The notes below the pieces were generated by a model. The model did no database searches. It saw only the letters and a list, made by a program, of their open reading frames with translations, and was not told the DNA's origin. A DNA stretch of 63,919 bases, counting the filler, from Collodictyon triciliatum (Eukaryota): assembly GCA_043381765.1 (NCBI GenBank). It is 8 parts of 8 records of this genome, joined end to end, with 100 filler letters (N's around TTAATTAATTAA, not from the genome) between each part and the next. Parts side by side here need not be neighbours in the genome. Positions count along the whole stretch, not along the records: positions 42,608 to 51,022 come from JBHJMP010003438.1; positions 51,123 to 59,533 come from JBHJMP010003439.1; positions 59,634 to 63,919 come from JBHJMP010003477.1; 5 more parts are not named here. One strand, 5' to 3'. Positions 48,922 through 60,517 of this stretch are shown piece by piece. A program made the position numbers and the translations under genes. Each line of letters starts with the position of its first letter. Positions within the stretch are counted from its first letter, which is position 1.

Positions 48922-49492
48922 AAATAAAATAAGTAATGTAAAATTAATAAATAAATGCGATTCAATCACTAAAAATTTTTAAAAATATAAATAAAATGCA
49001 CATACAACTAGGATGTACTGTAAAAAAATATATCTAAAAATCCTTCCTTCACTTGAATCGAATAAAAGGAAAAACCAATATAGATAGACTGAAAAAAATG
49101 CAAAAAACGCGAAAAATGCAAAAGTAAAAATATAATAAAACAATGGAAAAAAAAACGCTTACGCAACATTATGATAAAACTAAAGAAAAGTAAAAATTAC
49201 ATGTCTTAAGATCACACTTTCATCAGAATTTTTATTGTAATTTATAATAAAAGTCCCGTTTGTATGATTTTTCTTTAAATTAGAAAAATAACATATAGAT
49301 GATTTTAATGGTGATGATCGAGATGGAAGTTAATGAAGTATTCAGAAACTAACAAGAGAACGCATGTCGGAAGAAGTTGCCATCAACTGGCATGGTTACC
49401 TCGCACCATGTTATAGCACAACCGTTAGTTCAAATTATTTAGAACTGACTGTTGCATCACACGAGATAGCCGCAGACGACATTGCTTCACTC

Positions 49493-49556
49493 TATAATTG
49501 CCGTCAAAACACTTGGAATCGAATAAAGGAAAATAAAAATATAATTGCCGTCAAAA
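49493..49556 (+). mobile_element. 30-bp A-tailed insertion with 17-bp direct repeats (putative TSD)
   Basis: TATAATTGCCGTCAAAA [CACTTGGAATCGAATAAAGGAAAATAAAAA] TATAATTGCCGTCAAAA. Confidence 0.75.
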
Positions 49557-50591
49557 AGGTTAAAAATGCATTATTCATGAAGAAATCTCCGTTTTCTTTT
49601 TCTAGAAAAATATTTGACTCGCCCATTTTCTTTTAAATAACCATTTTTCCAATTAGACCTTCCCTTTGCTTTGACAGCGTCAGACCTGAAAATTTATGGT
49701 TGGTTTAAGGTATGAAATGAGGCCGATGCCAAGGGGATATATCAATCCATTTAATTATCTCTTGTATTTAAGTCAGCTTTTTGTAAATAATCCTAACCTC
49801 TCCACAATCATATAACCCATATCGATGTACTGCGAACATAGTTCGTTGATAATGTAATCATTGGTGCGTCTGGTCACATCCATCTCACACAGTTCATCTC
49901 ATTCACGTTGCTATCTTATGAAATCATCATCGCCATGCAAGATAAAAAGACCATTAAGTTTGACATTTCTTCGAGATGGCAGCCGATAGTCTTTATGTTT
50001 GTGCTTGTATTTCTTGAGAAAAAGAAAATCATCTGTCTTGGCAACTCCTCAATAATCCCATCTAAAAGGGACATTCAGTCTATATTTCTAACATCTGTGT
50101 TCCCTCTGCTCATTTACCCATGGAACACCCATACATAATCTCCTCATGTATCTCAATAAGAGCTCTTATTTTCTGCCACCACAGAAATGAACAGGCACGA
50201 ACTTTTCTCGTAAAAACGCCAGTATTTTTTTTTTTTACCCGCCGCTTCGATTCCGCCTGGCTATATTTTAATTTTATTTAAGAGCCCTTACGGGTGAATA
50301 TTTTGCCTTTATGACATCAATCTCCCTTATCATTTAGTAATTCATCAGCGAGATGGATGAGAAAGAAATCGAGTGAATATATTGTAATCAAGCAAAACTC
50401 TTTTTTTTTTTTTTTGACTGATGTTCTTTAAGTTCTTCCAACTTCTTTGTAAGCTGGAAAACAATATTGACAAGAGTTGGGCAACTATTGGAAAGAAAAA
50501 CAACTGAATCGTTTATAAAAACCACTAGTGTACCTTGTACTCACACTCCCAAGAGAAAAAAAAATATAGCAACATTTAGGTCTGATTTTCG

Positions 50592-50664
50592 GTTGTCACT
50601 CCATCATTTTTTTTCCTTTATTCGATTCAAAGTGTAGCGAGGTTATGAGTTGTCACTCCATCAT
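50592..50664 (-). mobile_element. 41-bp A-tailed insertion of the same family with 16-bp direct repeats (putative TSD)
   Basis: GTTGTCACTCCATCAT at 50592-50607 and 50649-50664; insert on the minus strand TCATAACCTCGCTACACTTTGAATCGAATAAAGGAAAAAAA. Confidence 0.75.
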
Positions 50665-50770
50665 CACCTTCATCACCTTACTTACTGCCCTTACAACACT
50701 TAGTAGGTTCCACTCGCTATCAAAAAACTAACTCTTACTAAATTATATATGAAAAAAACATATTAGCATC

Positions 50771-50889
50771 ATGAGCAAATATCAAAGCTTGAGCGAGACA
50801 TCGGGCTGCGAGTCCAGCCAGGACCCCGAAAAAGAACAATACGTGATACACCAGGAATCCTGTGGCTCTTTTAATGTGTCCACAACGAA
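50771..50889 (+). CDS. Probable first exon of a gene truncated by the linker
   Basis: MSKYQSLSETSGCESSQDPEKEQYVIHQESCGSFNVSTT followed by a GTAAGC donor. Confidence 0.45.
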
Positions 50890-50935
50890 GTAAGCAAATA
50901 CCTCACTTCATGCTGGAATCCTTATTGGCAATTAA

Positions 50936-50970
<35 letters not shown>

Positions 50971-50980
50971 AATAATAATG

Positions 50981-51022
<42 letters not shown>

Positions 51023-51896
51023 NNNNNNNNNNNNNNNNNNNNNNNNNNNNNNNNNNNNNNNNNNNNTTAATTAATTAANNNNNNNNNNNNNNNNNNNNNN
51101 NNNNNNNNNNNNNNNNNNNNNNTTTTTTTTGTTTTTTTGTTTTTTTGTTTTTTTGTTTTTTGTTTTTTGTTTTTTATTGGTTTTGTTATTTGTTATTTTT
51201 TGGAGCCAGTTTTGGACTTCGGTAGACACATCCTAAGAATCAAAAGAATATACAAAAGAAACCGATAAATGAAGAGAAAAAAAACTCAACGAAAGGAGCA
51301 ACACCCGTGGTGGCTGCGTTGTGGCCGTTTGGCATGGAGACAGTATCGCGGCAGAAAACGCCAAAATCCTGCGACTGCCTGAATACTAAATCCGCCACCC
51401 AGAAACCGTTCTCTTTAAGGCATTCGCGAAGTAGAAATATACGTTTGATACACTTAATGTGAAAGCTTCTGAACTCGGATGATAGGTGTTTCGATGGGAG
51501 GAGCAGGCCGCGCCTTCATGTGTGCATAGATGGCAAATGTTTCTGGCGCGAAGAGAGCGATTGCGCCAGACATAGAGCTTCTCTCTCTTTCAGGCAAAAC
51601 ATATCACACAATCACAAAAGCGAAAACAAGAGAAATTATTTGCGCAATCCATTTGACATCTCCATTTTGCAAATAATATATTCCTATTGGCAGATTTTCA
51701 ATTTATGTTATGATAAATCCTATTAAGAAAGTGAATACGCGAAAAGTCAGGGTGGTATATTTCAGCACACACAGCATCCAAAGTAGATCAATCTGAAAAT
51801 ATTGTTGGTAGATATCTGGGCACTAAACAAGAGACTATAAGCTTTTATTTGTTCAGAAAATCAGTATTCGCCTGAATTAAGCAACCGACTCGCTGT

Positions 51897-54800
51897 TTAA
51901 CGACAAGGGCCCAGGATTCCACGAACCACTCCCTCTGTCTTCACACTGTGGAGATGAGTTATGGGTATGAGATATGTAAAAGGTGAAGATATTCGTGGAT
52001 GATACAGCCTCAGCAATGAAAGCATGTTAATGTCCGAAGCCTGTTGTTGTTAAGAGGATGTAAAACATCAAAAGAAAAAAAATCAACTTAGTAAAACTAG
52101 CCTTCTGAAGCAGAGGTGTATAGTAAGTTGATGCAAACTCCGGCATGCCACACAAAAAGAATGGAAACTCTTTTTGGGTGAAATTCGGTATTTCGTCGAT
52201 TCGTTCGGTCAGTGTGTTCCATGATATGGTGGTGGTGAGTTCATTTAGATTGAAGAATATTATTCCAATAAAGATGAGGATTCCGCTTGTGACATGAAAC
52301 CTTTCAAATAATAAAAATACAAGTAAGTATACTCTTGACATAAAAACGGTTAGGAGACGAAGTACGCAAAAAAGAAAATGCAAAATGTATCCCCATAAGC
52401 AACATGACTCACCAATGGATTTTCTCCTGAAACTCAAAGTCGATAAGGCCGTACTTGTCGAAGGTCATAACAGAAACAGGTATAGTGAACAGCGACAGAA
52501 GCACAAGCAGAGTACTGGATAGGTGCAAGTGGGGGAGAACATAGACCAGCACCTCATTCACAAGACTCGTCACAACATACACTATTAAGGGTTTCCATAC
52601 TGGAAAAATATAAATAAATATATCAGCAGTAGATTATCGGCTATGAATAAAATTGATGGTGTCGTACCGCCATCACAGGTATTAGAGTAAGATTCAAAAT
52701 CTTCAGCGCCTGAAGAGTTGACGATACAATTTAATCCGTTAGAAATCAAGTCGCCTATCTCACTGGATGACCTTTCTCCGAAGCCAGGCAAATTTGTGAC
52801 GAAACAAAAGGCCAGAATGGCCAATACTTTAACAGTGTTGATATATAGGTGAAACTGCCACTTATTACCATCCTTTAGAGAATCAAAAAAGAGTTTGCAT
52901 ATTAGAGCGTTGAATGCCTTTGAAAAAAAAAAAAACTGGGACTACCTTTTTCAGTGCGACAACTTGTTTGATGACAGATGATGCGATAATGGGAAAACAT
53001 GATGATAGGAATATAAGCGTGTAGATTATGTCTTTGTGGTCTCTATCCTGGCGATTAAAAAATCAAATGGATGTTACTTGAGCGACATAATACATATACT
53101 TTAGTAATTTTGCTGTAGGCTAAATATTATAAATCATGGTTTTACATGCATATAAATAAATATGTCAAGAAATGCACCTCACTCTCAGGCATCCACATTC
53201 CTGATGAGACGATTGCTATTAAAGAGCCCAAAAATATTACTGCAGAGCCTATGATGAACTCCATGGAACATCTGTCATGAGGGGTAAAAAAAAAAATCAT
53301 TTAAAACTCATAAAGTAGGCTCGATGTAACTGTCATTATGTTCAGGCACCTTCTCCTAGGAGCTGCACACAATAATACTGTGCATAATGGCACAATAATC
53401 TGCAGTAAAAAAAAAAATAATTATTTGATGAATTTTTTTAAATGTTAAGATTTCATGCACAAAGCTTATGGGATAATGACTCTCCATGATATGCTTTGGG
53501 AACGGGAAAAAAAGAAAAAAACATTGGAAAATAAAAGGGTTTTATACCGGGTAAATAACAACTTGAGTCGAGCCTGGAGTCCCCACATTCCCAGCAAATA
53601 GACACAAAATGGAAATTGCATCCAGTATTCCCAGGATGATGTACGATAACTTTGACCTCATTACTCTGATTGGGGTCCAGTTAAGACCCCAGTCAATAAT
53701 CCATGCCATAGAATAAGTCGGAAGCTATAATCGTTTGTATGATCAAGAATTTGAGAACCATAGAGTCAAACTGTTTGGTTATTATAGTAATCATAATTAT
53801 AAAGGCAGCTATGGTGCAGTGATATTAAATAAAATGTAAGGAAAAATATCAACCAGAGGCTCTATTACTGACGCCGTGCTGTGTGGATTATCGTAATCAT
53901 CATGGCTTTCAGGATATACCCGAGTGAGAATTGCGGTGATTCCCAGAGAAAAGCACGATAATGCGACCCAGAGCGATGAGATTAGCAATGCAATAGGATA
54001 CCAATAGTCCGGCGCGTAATTGGACAATTGTTTAAAGGCGAATCGATTGGCCACAGAATTTGTAAGAAAAAACAGGAATATAAACCAGCGAAAGACATAG
54101 CGCATGACGGAAACCTTCCACGATCTGTGTAGAGTCTCTTCGGGCAACAGTCGGTAATTCCTCGAGTCGTACAAGCTATTGGACAAAGAGTAGAATGAAC
54201 CTATAGAAATGTTATCAAAGTCGGGATTTGCACAAGATTCTGAGTTGAGTGAGCCTGATGTCATCAGCGACGGTGCAGTCTTATGCTCTGGTGGAAATAG
54301 AAACGGCGACTGATTCGAGTCATGATGTGCATTCTGAGTAGTGCTTTGTTCGCCATAGTACGAGTCTCGGAGCCGGGCATTGTCGTCTGGCGAATTGTGA
54401 TGTCGTTAGTGCATGGTTAGAACTGATAGATAAAATGAAGTCGAAAAAAAAAATCAATCGATCTAGAATTATTAAAATTTCAATAATGTCTCTGGCGCAT
54501 TTATCAGCCCTTACAAATGATGCGATTGGGGAGGCTGCTAGAAGCCGAGTTCATCTGGGATTCGCCATGGTGGACGAATATGTCTGGATTGAACTTGCGC
54601 AACTTAGGAGAGCGACCGGGAGGGCGTTTGATGCGAATAGGCGATCGCAGAGAAGTACTCGCTGCAGGGGCAATAAATCCACTCGAGTATGAGCTGCCAG
54701 CACCGCCCAAAGGCCCAGAAGGAACCCCGCCAGTTGAAGCCGAGTGCATGGCGCTATTTTCGCTTGGGAAGCTGGGTGTGGAGCTTGTGTTTACCAGACT

Positions 54801-55295
54801 GGAGTGGCTGTTTGCGGACGGTTGTGAGGAAGTGTTGATCTGGGTCGGGGTTTGATCGATCTCTGGTCTCCGATCGCCCCTGCGCTGCCTTCTGAGTACA
54901 GGCGAGTATGAGTCGAATCCTGAGTCGTGGGGGAGAGAGCTGCTTGCCTGGGATGCGGCTGTGCCGAGGTTGAAGAATCGACGTGTCATCACCGGGCGGG
55001 AAACGGCGCCTGCTTTGCCTTGCTGAGTGCGGTTTGTTTGAAGCGCAACTCCGGGAAGGCGAGGCGATCGCACAGTCAGGATCTTCTCCTCGATGGCCTC
55101 GTCGTACGGGCACGAAGTCTCCTGCAGAAAGTCGACGTCGTCCGAATCGCTGTCTGAATCGGAGAGTTCTTCCACGGCTTGCTGCACAAAGACATAGGAG
55201 CCGGCCAAAGGCATGGACGAGGCGATTCCGCTGTTGGGATCGAGAGGCGTGGGATCGAATCCGCGTTGGTAAGTTTCGGGTGTGGCCTTCTTCAT
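51897..55295 (-). CDS. CRT-like (chloroquine-resistance-transporter family, DMT superfamily) transporter with long Ser/Pro-rich N-terminus; 3' end uncertain
   Basis: NSVANRFAFKQLSNYAPDYWY; TPGSTQVVI; IIVPLCTVLL; IFLSSCFPIIASSVIKQ; Cys-pair loop IGDLISNGLNCIVN...NTCDG; SLFTIPVSV; GILIFIGIIFFN. Confidence 0.72.
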
Positions 55296-56695
55296 TCTGG
55301 CGTGGGTCTTTGGTGGTGTGCTTGGGATTTTGGATCGGCGGTGTTTTGTCTGGCTTGGTCTGTGTGCGGAGAGGTAGACGCGATCGTGAGACGTTGCGGT
55401 GGGGAAGCGGAGGAAAAGAGGAGGAATGAGGTAGATCGCAATGTCTGTGTGGTTGTGGTTGGGCGTTGTGGCTGGTGTGATTGGGCGTCTGTAACGTGGT
55501 AAGAAAGGCTTCTTGGCGGGTGTGTGGCGTGTGATCGTTTTGAGCGATGATACAATGACTTACTCTATATATGCATTGAACTGCAGTTTATCTCTATTAT
55601 TAATTTGTGCATTTAGCATTGTTGCATCGATATTTGTGCTATATTATGCAACGTTAGTTAAATTCCATATTTGTCTTGCAGTGTATGGCATGAAGAAGCT
55701 CATCGGCCTTCTCGATTCCTGCGTGAAAAAACGCATTTTGTTCTTTTATGTGTCGCGCTGATATGTGTCTGTGTCCTGTCTGCTGAGACGAAGCGATGTC
55801 GTGATCGTTTTTTTTTTGTCTTAAGAAGCTTAGGGGTATCATTGGTACAGAGTTTAATTATGATACATTTAATGGTGGAATGGATGCAAACATTCTTCAT
55901 GCTTTCATGAATTCATTTTTTTTTTTATTCAGGGGCTTAAGGGTGCAGGAGATAAACATACCATCTCAGCGTCATCCGACGGTAACATGGCTGAGCACTT
56001 TATTTTGGTCTAAGATCAGAAAGTCGTTGAAATTCCAGTCCTCAGAACATCATGCAAATCATAAATAAGTAAATGAATAAGTTTATCAAACAACAATCAT
56101 CAAAACAAAAAACCGAAAAAAAAAGATAGCGAAAAACTCCACAGCTTAAGAGAGAGTGAAATGAATCACACGTCCACACATTAGATGCTATCTTAACAGA
56201 TTACTTGGCGAGATGGACACACCAAACCGTGTTGCACGAGCGATTAGGAATAAAATCTTCGACGGGTTTCCCGCTTGCTATTTTGTCTCACACCCGAAAA
56301 CTCTGCTGCAAACGCGTTTCAGAAGCGCAAAGGGAAGCACACTGCTATAAAAGGTATGATTGAATAATTGACGGGCACAGAATTCTCTCATCCTGTTGTG
56401 GGCGCTAATCGAAGCTATTTTAGCTCATGTCGATGCCAGCAGCCAAACAGGCGCTAAGGCAACGTCTGCTTCGAGACAAGCTGCTACGTGCAGCACCACC
56501 TCGTCCAAGACCTGCCCATCTGTCCCCTTACATATGAGCATGTTCACGTATTACTTTTATATTAAGATATCCTTTTCCTTTCCTTATGACGCCACATTTA
56601 TAAACGCGTCCACAACCTCCGTGTTGCCATCAGAAGGTCCGTTGTCCTGGCGCTGCCTCACTGACTTTTTTTTATTATCCCAGTTTTTGTTCTTG

Positions 56696-56783
<88 letters not shown>

Positions 56784-56786
56784 TCA

Positions 56787-59195
56787 ATGCTGCCTATCAA
56801 GACCCTGTCTAAAGCCATCATCGTCGTCGTCGCTGTGTCTCTTCTCGTCATTGGCTGGTATGAATGGAATGAGGATGGAATATCAAACAAGGAAAATATT
56901 TACACCGGTACAAATTGTAATACTAATTATAAATAGGCCAATCCTAATTTTAAGCTATCTTTTTTTATCTTTGTTTCGTTTTGTTTGAGAACATTAAAAT
57001 TTTTGTTTGATGCCGAACTTATTGGACTACAACACCTGCACGCTAAAAAGAAAAGAAAAACTTTTTATACCAACTCTGACATATAACCTTTTCTTTTTTT
57101 TTTTTTTTGCTAAATATATAAAAATGATTATTTGTACCTAATTCAGTTAGGTTGTTCATTCATTTATTTATACAGATAATGCTCACGAATATACACACAA
57201 GCTAAGAAGTGTTTCAAGGACCCAACCAAGGCGAAAATATGGCACACCAACCACTGTGGTATAATCAGCCTTTCTCACTACGATAAATAGAAAAATTAAA
57301 CTTGGCTCTATATTGTGGTAAAGCAAAATATTGCGTTATGATACAGTTTTTGCATCGTCCTTTTGCAAAGAAAATCAATAATGACTTTCTATTGAAAACA
57401 TTTTTTCGATATCTAATTAAACTAGAATCAAGTGAGCAGTACAAAAATCGGCCATAGCGACGCAGATGCTCCAAAAATTACATCTATCCTTCCAACAGAT
57501 GCATCGTCTGGCGAACATTCAATCATTTACAAATACGGAAAACATCAAGAGGGCCACAAAACGAAAAGTGGAACTCGCTATTTGATATATCGCACGACTT
57601 TTGGTCAATACAACAACCAGATTCTATCATTAGAGGTTGCTGTGTGTCTCGCCAGGATGAGTAATCGCATCATCGCATTTCCTGGATTCCTGAGGGATGA
57701 CCACATCCCACCTCCAGACCAAATAGAGTGACTCAACAGCTCGATTTTAAATTTATGGAAAGAAAATAATACATTGTTCAATTTTTGACACCCTCTATTA
57801 CACCTGATAGGTATCTATCAGTCCCTCTTGAGACATTCATTGATTTAGAAGTGGGCCAATCAAAAAATATCCCACTGATTGATTGGAAGGCATACAAAAG
57901 TGACACAGATCCTTTTGACACTCTGGAGATGGACTCTTACAAAAACATGCCTGAAAAGATAAGTGGTAAGTTTTTCAAATGATTCTAATTGTCTACATTC
58001 ACTTACAGGGTTTTCTTTGCTTATTTTTTTTGGAAGTCTACTGAGTTCTCAATATGCTTTTAATTATGAGATCCTGTTCTTATGGCCTCGTATCTGGACG
58101 AAATAAAAAGCAGTCTCAACTCAGAAACTGCCCTTGTAAGATAACGTGACCCTACTCTGCAATTATTCATTCATAATTTAATATAAAGAATAATTTTATC
58201 CTAATCTTATCAAAAATTCGTTACGCTTTGATTTACATCAGGTGGAGCTTCCGCTGCTGTTCTACTGGAGGCTCTTCGGACAAGACCGTTGCAGTCCAAG
58301 CGACACTGAATATTTTTATACATCGTTTATACCCAAAAAGGAGTTAAGAGATGTAAGAAGCTCTATTCTATTCTCTGATTATTATGAAGTTTAGTATATT
58401 TAATGACTCTATTTTTGCCATAATAGATAGCAGATTTGTTTATATCTTCACATCTTCGACGACCATTTGCCGCAATTCATTATCGAAGGTTGGACGGTAG
58501 ATGCAAGCAAAATATTGAGAGTATCGTGAATGAAATCCAAAAACAGGTGATGTCCAGTGAAACACCGGAGCTACAAACAAAGCATCATCAGCACAAACTT
58601 GCCTACATATTTGATTAGCTCGTTTTTTTCTATCTGATTCCGCCCATGAAATTTTCTATTGAAAGGCTGCAGCACTCAAGATTCAGTCTTTCTTCCTGGC
58701 TTCCGATAAAAGTGACTCGAATGGAGATAAAGTAATCTATATTTATATTTATTTTTATTTTGAGTTTGATTTTTATATTTATATTTATTTTTATTTTGAT
58801 TATCTGAGGGCAACTTTAAATTCCCAACCAAAATTGCATCTCAGGTTCTGAGAGAAAAATTCAAAACAATTAGTGTGGATATTCCAATCAGAGGAACTTA
58901 TAATGCTGGTATTGTTGACATGTATATCATGTCCAAAGCTGATGTACTATTTATCAACCCGTAAGACAATTCATATATTCATACTTATTTGAACTGAATA
59001 ATAGAAAAATATATTTATTGCTTGAACTTATTTAACTGACAAATAAGATATCAGTTGTTGACATTAGCTTTGCTTGGTATATCAAGGATATCCACGGTCT
59101 CTATGAATGCAATTCAATACAGCAAGAATCTCCACAAGATGAACAACACAATATTTACCTACACTCCCTATAGTAGTGGAGAGCCAGTTTGCTGA
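56787..59195 (+). CDS. Type II membrane O-fucosyltransferase-like glycosyltransferase
   Basis: N-terminal signal anchor; YLIYRTTFGQYNNQILSLEVAVCLARMSNRIIAFP; FAAIHYRRLDG; FFLASD; VDMYIMSKADVL; ends GEPVC-TGA. Confidence 0.82.
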
Positions 59196-59412
59196 TGGCT
59201 GTAGAGTCTCTGTTACATATCTGCCCATCATCTGAATGTGATTTGCATGCGTTTATTCACGAATTCAAATTGAACTATGATTTTTTACTTTGATCAAGGA
59301 TGAGAGGCTTGCTAATAAAAAATTAATTCCAAATATTACTATAAATGTATTGCCTTCACCACCCTTTCAATTTATTATCAATTTGAGCAAGGTTAGGGGT
59401 GGCCTAATTTCG

Positions 59413-59516
59413 CTAGCCATCGTTTGCATGGACGCTACTTGGTGGCCGGGTGGCGGAGAAGTAGTCGGTAATCAGGAATTGCATCCTGCGCTTTGGCCTG
59501 TAGCCTGGGTCTTGTG
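59413..59516 (-). CDS. Probable last exon of a gene, ending with a PCNA-interacting (PIP) degron
   Basis: After an AAG acceptor reads QDPGYRPKRRMQFLITDYFSATRPPSSVHANDG-TAG. Confidence 0.5.
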
Positions 59517-60057
59517 CTTGCATGAGAGATATANNNNNNNNNNNNNNNNNNNNNNNNNNNNNNNNNNNNNNNNNNNNTTAATTAATTAANNNNNNNNNNN
59601 NNNNNNNNNNNNNNNNNNNNNNNNNNNNNNNNNGACTCCGAAGTTGGTCAGTTTTCAAACAATTCGTAATATTCAGCCTTTAGTTTTTTTTTTTTTTGAA
59701 AAATAAAATAAAACAACTCACAGAATATACCACTTTCATCTATCTATTTATTATTTTAAAATAAAAATAAAAAAGAGAAGAAAACGTCTGCATTGAACGA
59801 AAAATCCAACCAAATAATATTGTTCGTGTGTCTGTGAATATGTAAGATGCCCATGGTCATTATCGTCTTGCATTCTTCTCCATCTAGGAGGCCAAAACAG
59901 CGCTGTTCGCCTGGATTTCACACTACCATCCTCATCGTACGCCACGATGTTACTTCGAGAGATTTGCAAGCGCTCTACAAGTCTTTCCTCGCAAGTCTCC
60001 ATGGCAAAGTCTGGCGCAGAGTCTTCTAATCACCCTGCTGACTCTTAAGCACCAAGC

Positions 60058-60157
60058 GAGAGAAAAAAAGAGAAAAAAAGAGAAAAAAAGAGAAAAAAAG
60101 AGAAAAAAAGAGAAAAAAAGAGAAAAAAAGAGAAAAAAAAGAAAAAAAAGAAAAAAG
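60058..60157. repeat. (GAGAAAAAAA)n simple repeat
   Basis: Direct reading. Confidence 0.9.
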
Positions 60158-60167
60158 ACATATATAG

Positions 60168-60175
60168 TGACGTCA
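60168..60175. promoter_or_regulatory. Perfect CRE palindrome TGACGTCA ~340 bp upstream of the PKA-R gene
   Basis: Sequence match only. Confidence 0.3.
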
Positions 60176-60517
60176 TCAAAACTCATATGGCATCACCAAC
60201 CGATTTCTAATAAAGCAACCAAACGCAACCCAGGAAACCACTGCGGTTTCATCGGCATCACGATCAAAAGGAAAAAAGAAAAAAAAAAGAGAAGGAAATA
60301 ACCGTGTCGGTTTTGTTGCTGTTTGGCACACGATAACAAAGTCTGCAGCGTCTTTGTCCTCTGAAAGGCAGACTGGATTCTTCAGAGTTTCATCATGTAG
60401 CCTTCTAAGATTAAAAAAAAAGAAAGGTAGAAAAAGCAAGAAAAGAATGCTGGGAAAGGTGTTTATAGAAAAGAAAAGGCGTCAGTTCCACAGCAACCCT
60501 CCATAATCATCCTTTGA

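Noticed and set aside
49797-50147. Decayed minus-strand ORF (…GVAKTDDFLFLKKYKHKHKDYRLP…MDVTRRTNDYIINELCSQY…)
   Set aside because: Four stops in ~115 codons is not clearly below chance for AT-rich DNA, and no family is recognisable
50240-50262. tRNA T-loop/B-box-like TTCGATTCC
   Set aside because: No cloverleaf or A-box can be built around it
49509-50635. MITE bounded by ~25-bp terminal inverted repeats
   Set aside because: Each apparent TIR has its own flanking direct repeat and A-tail, and the whole has no TSD; better explained as two independent insertions in opposite orientation
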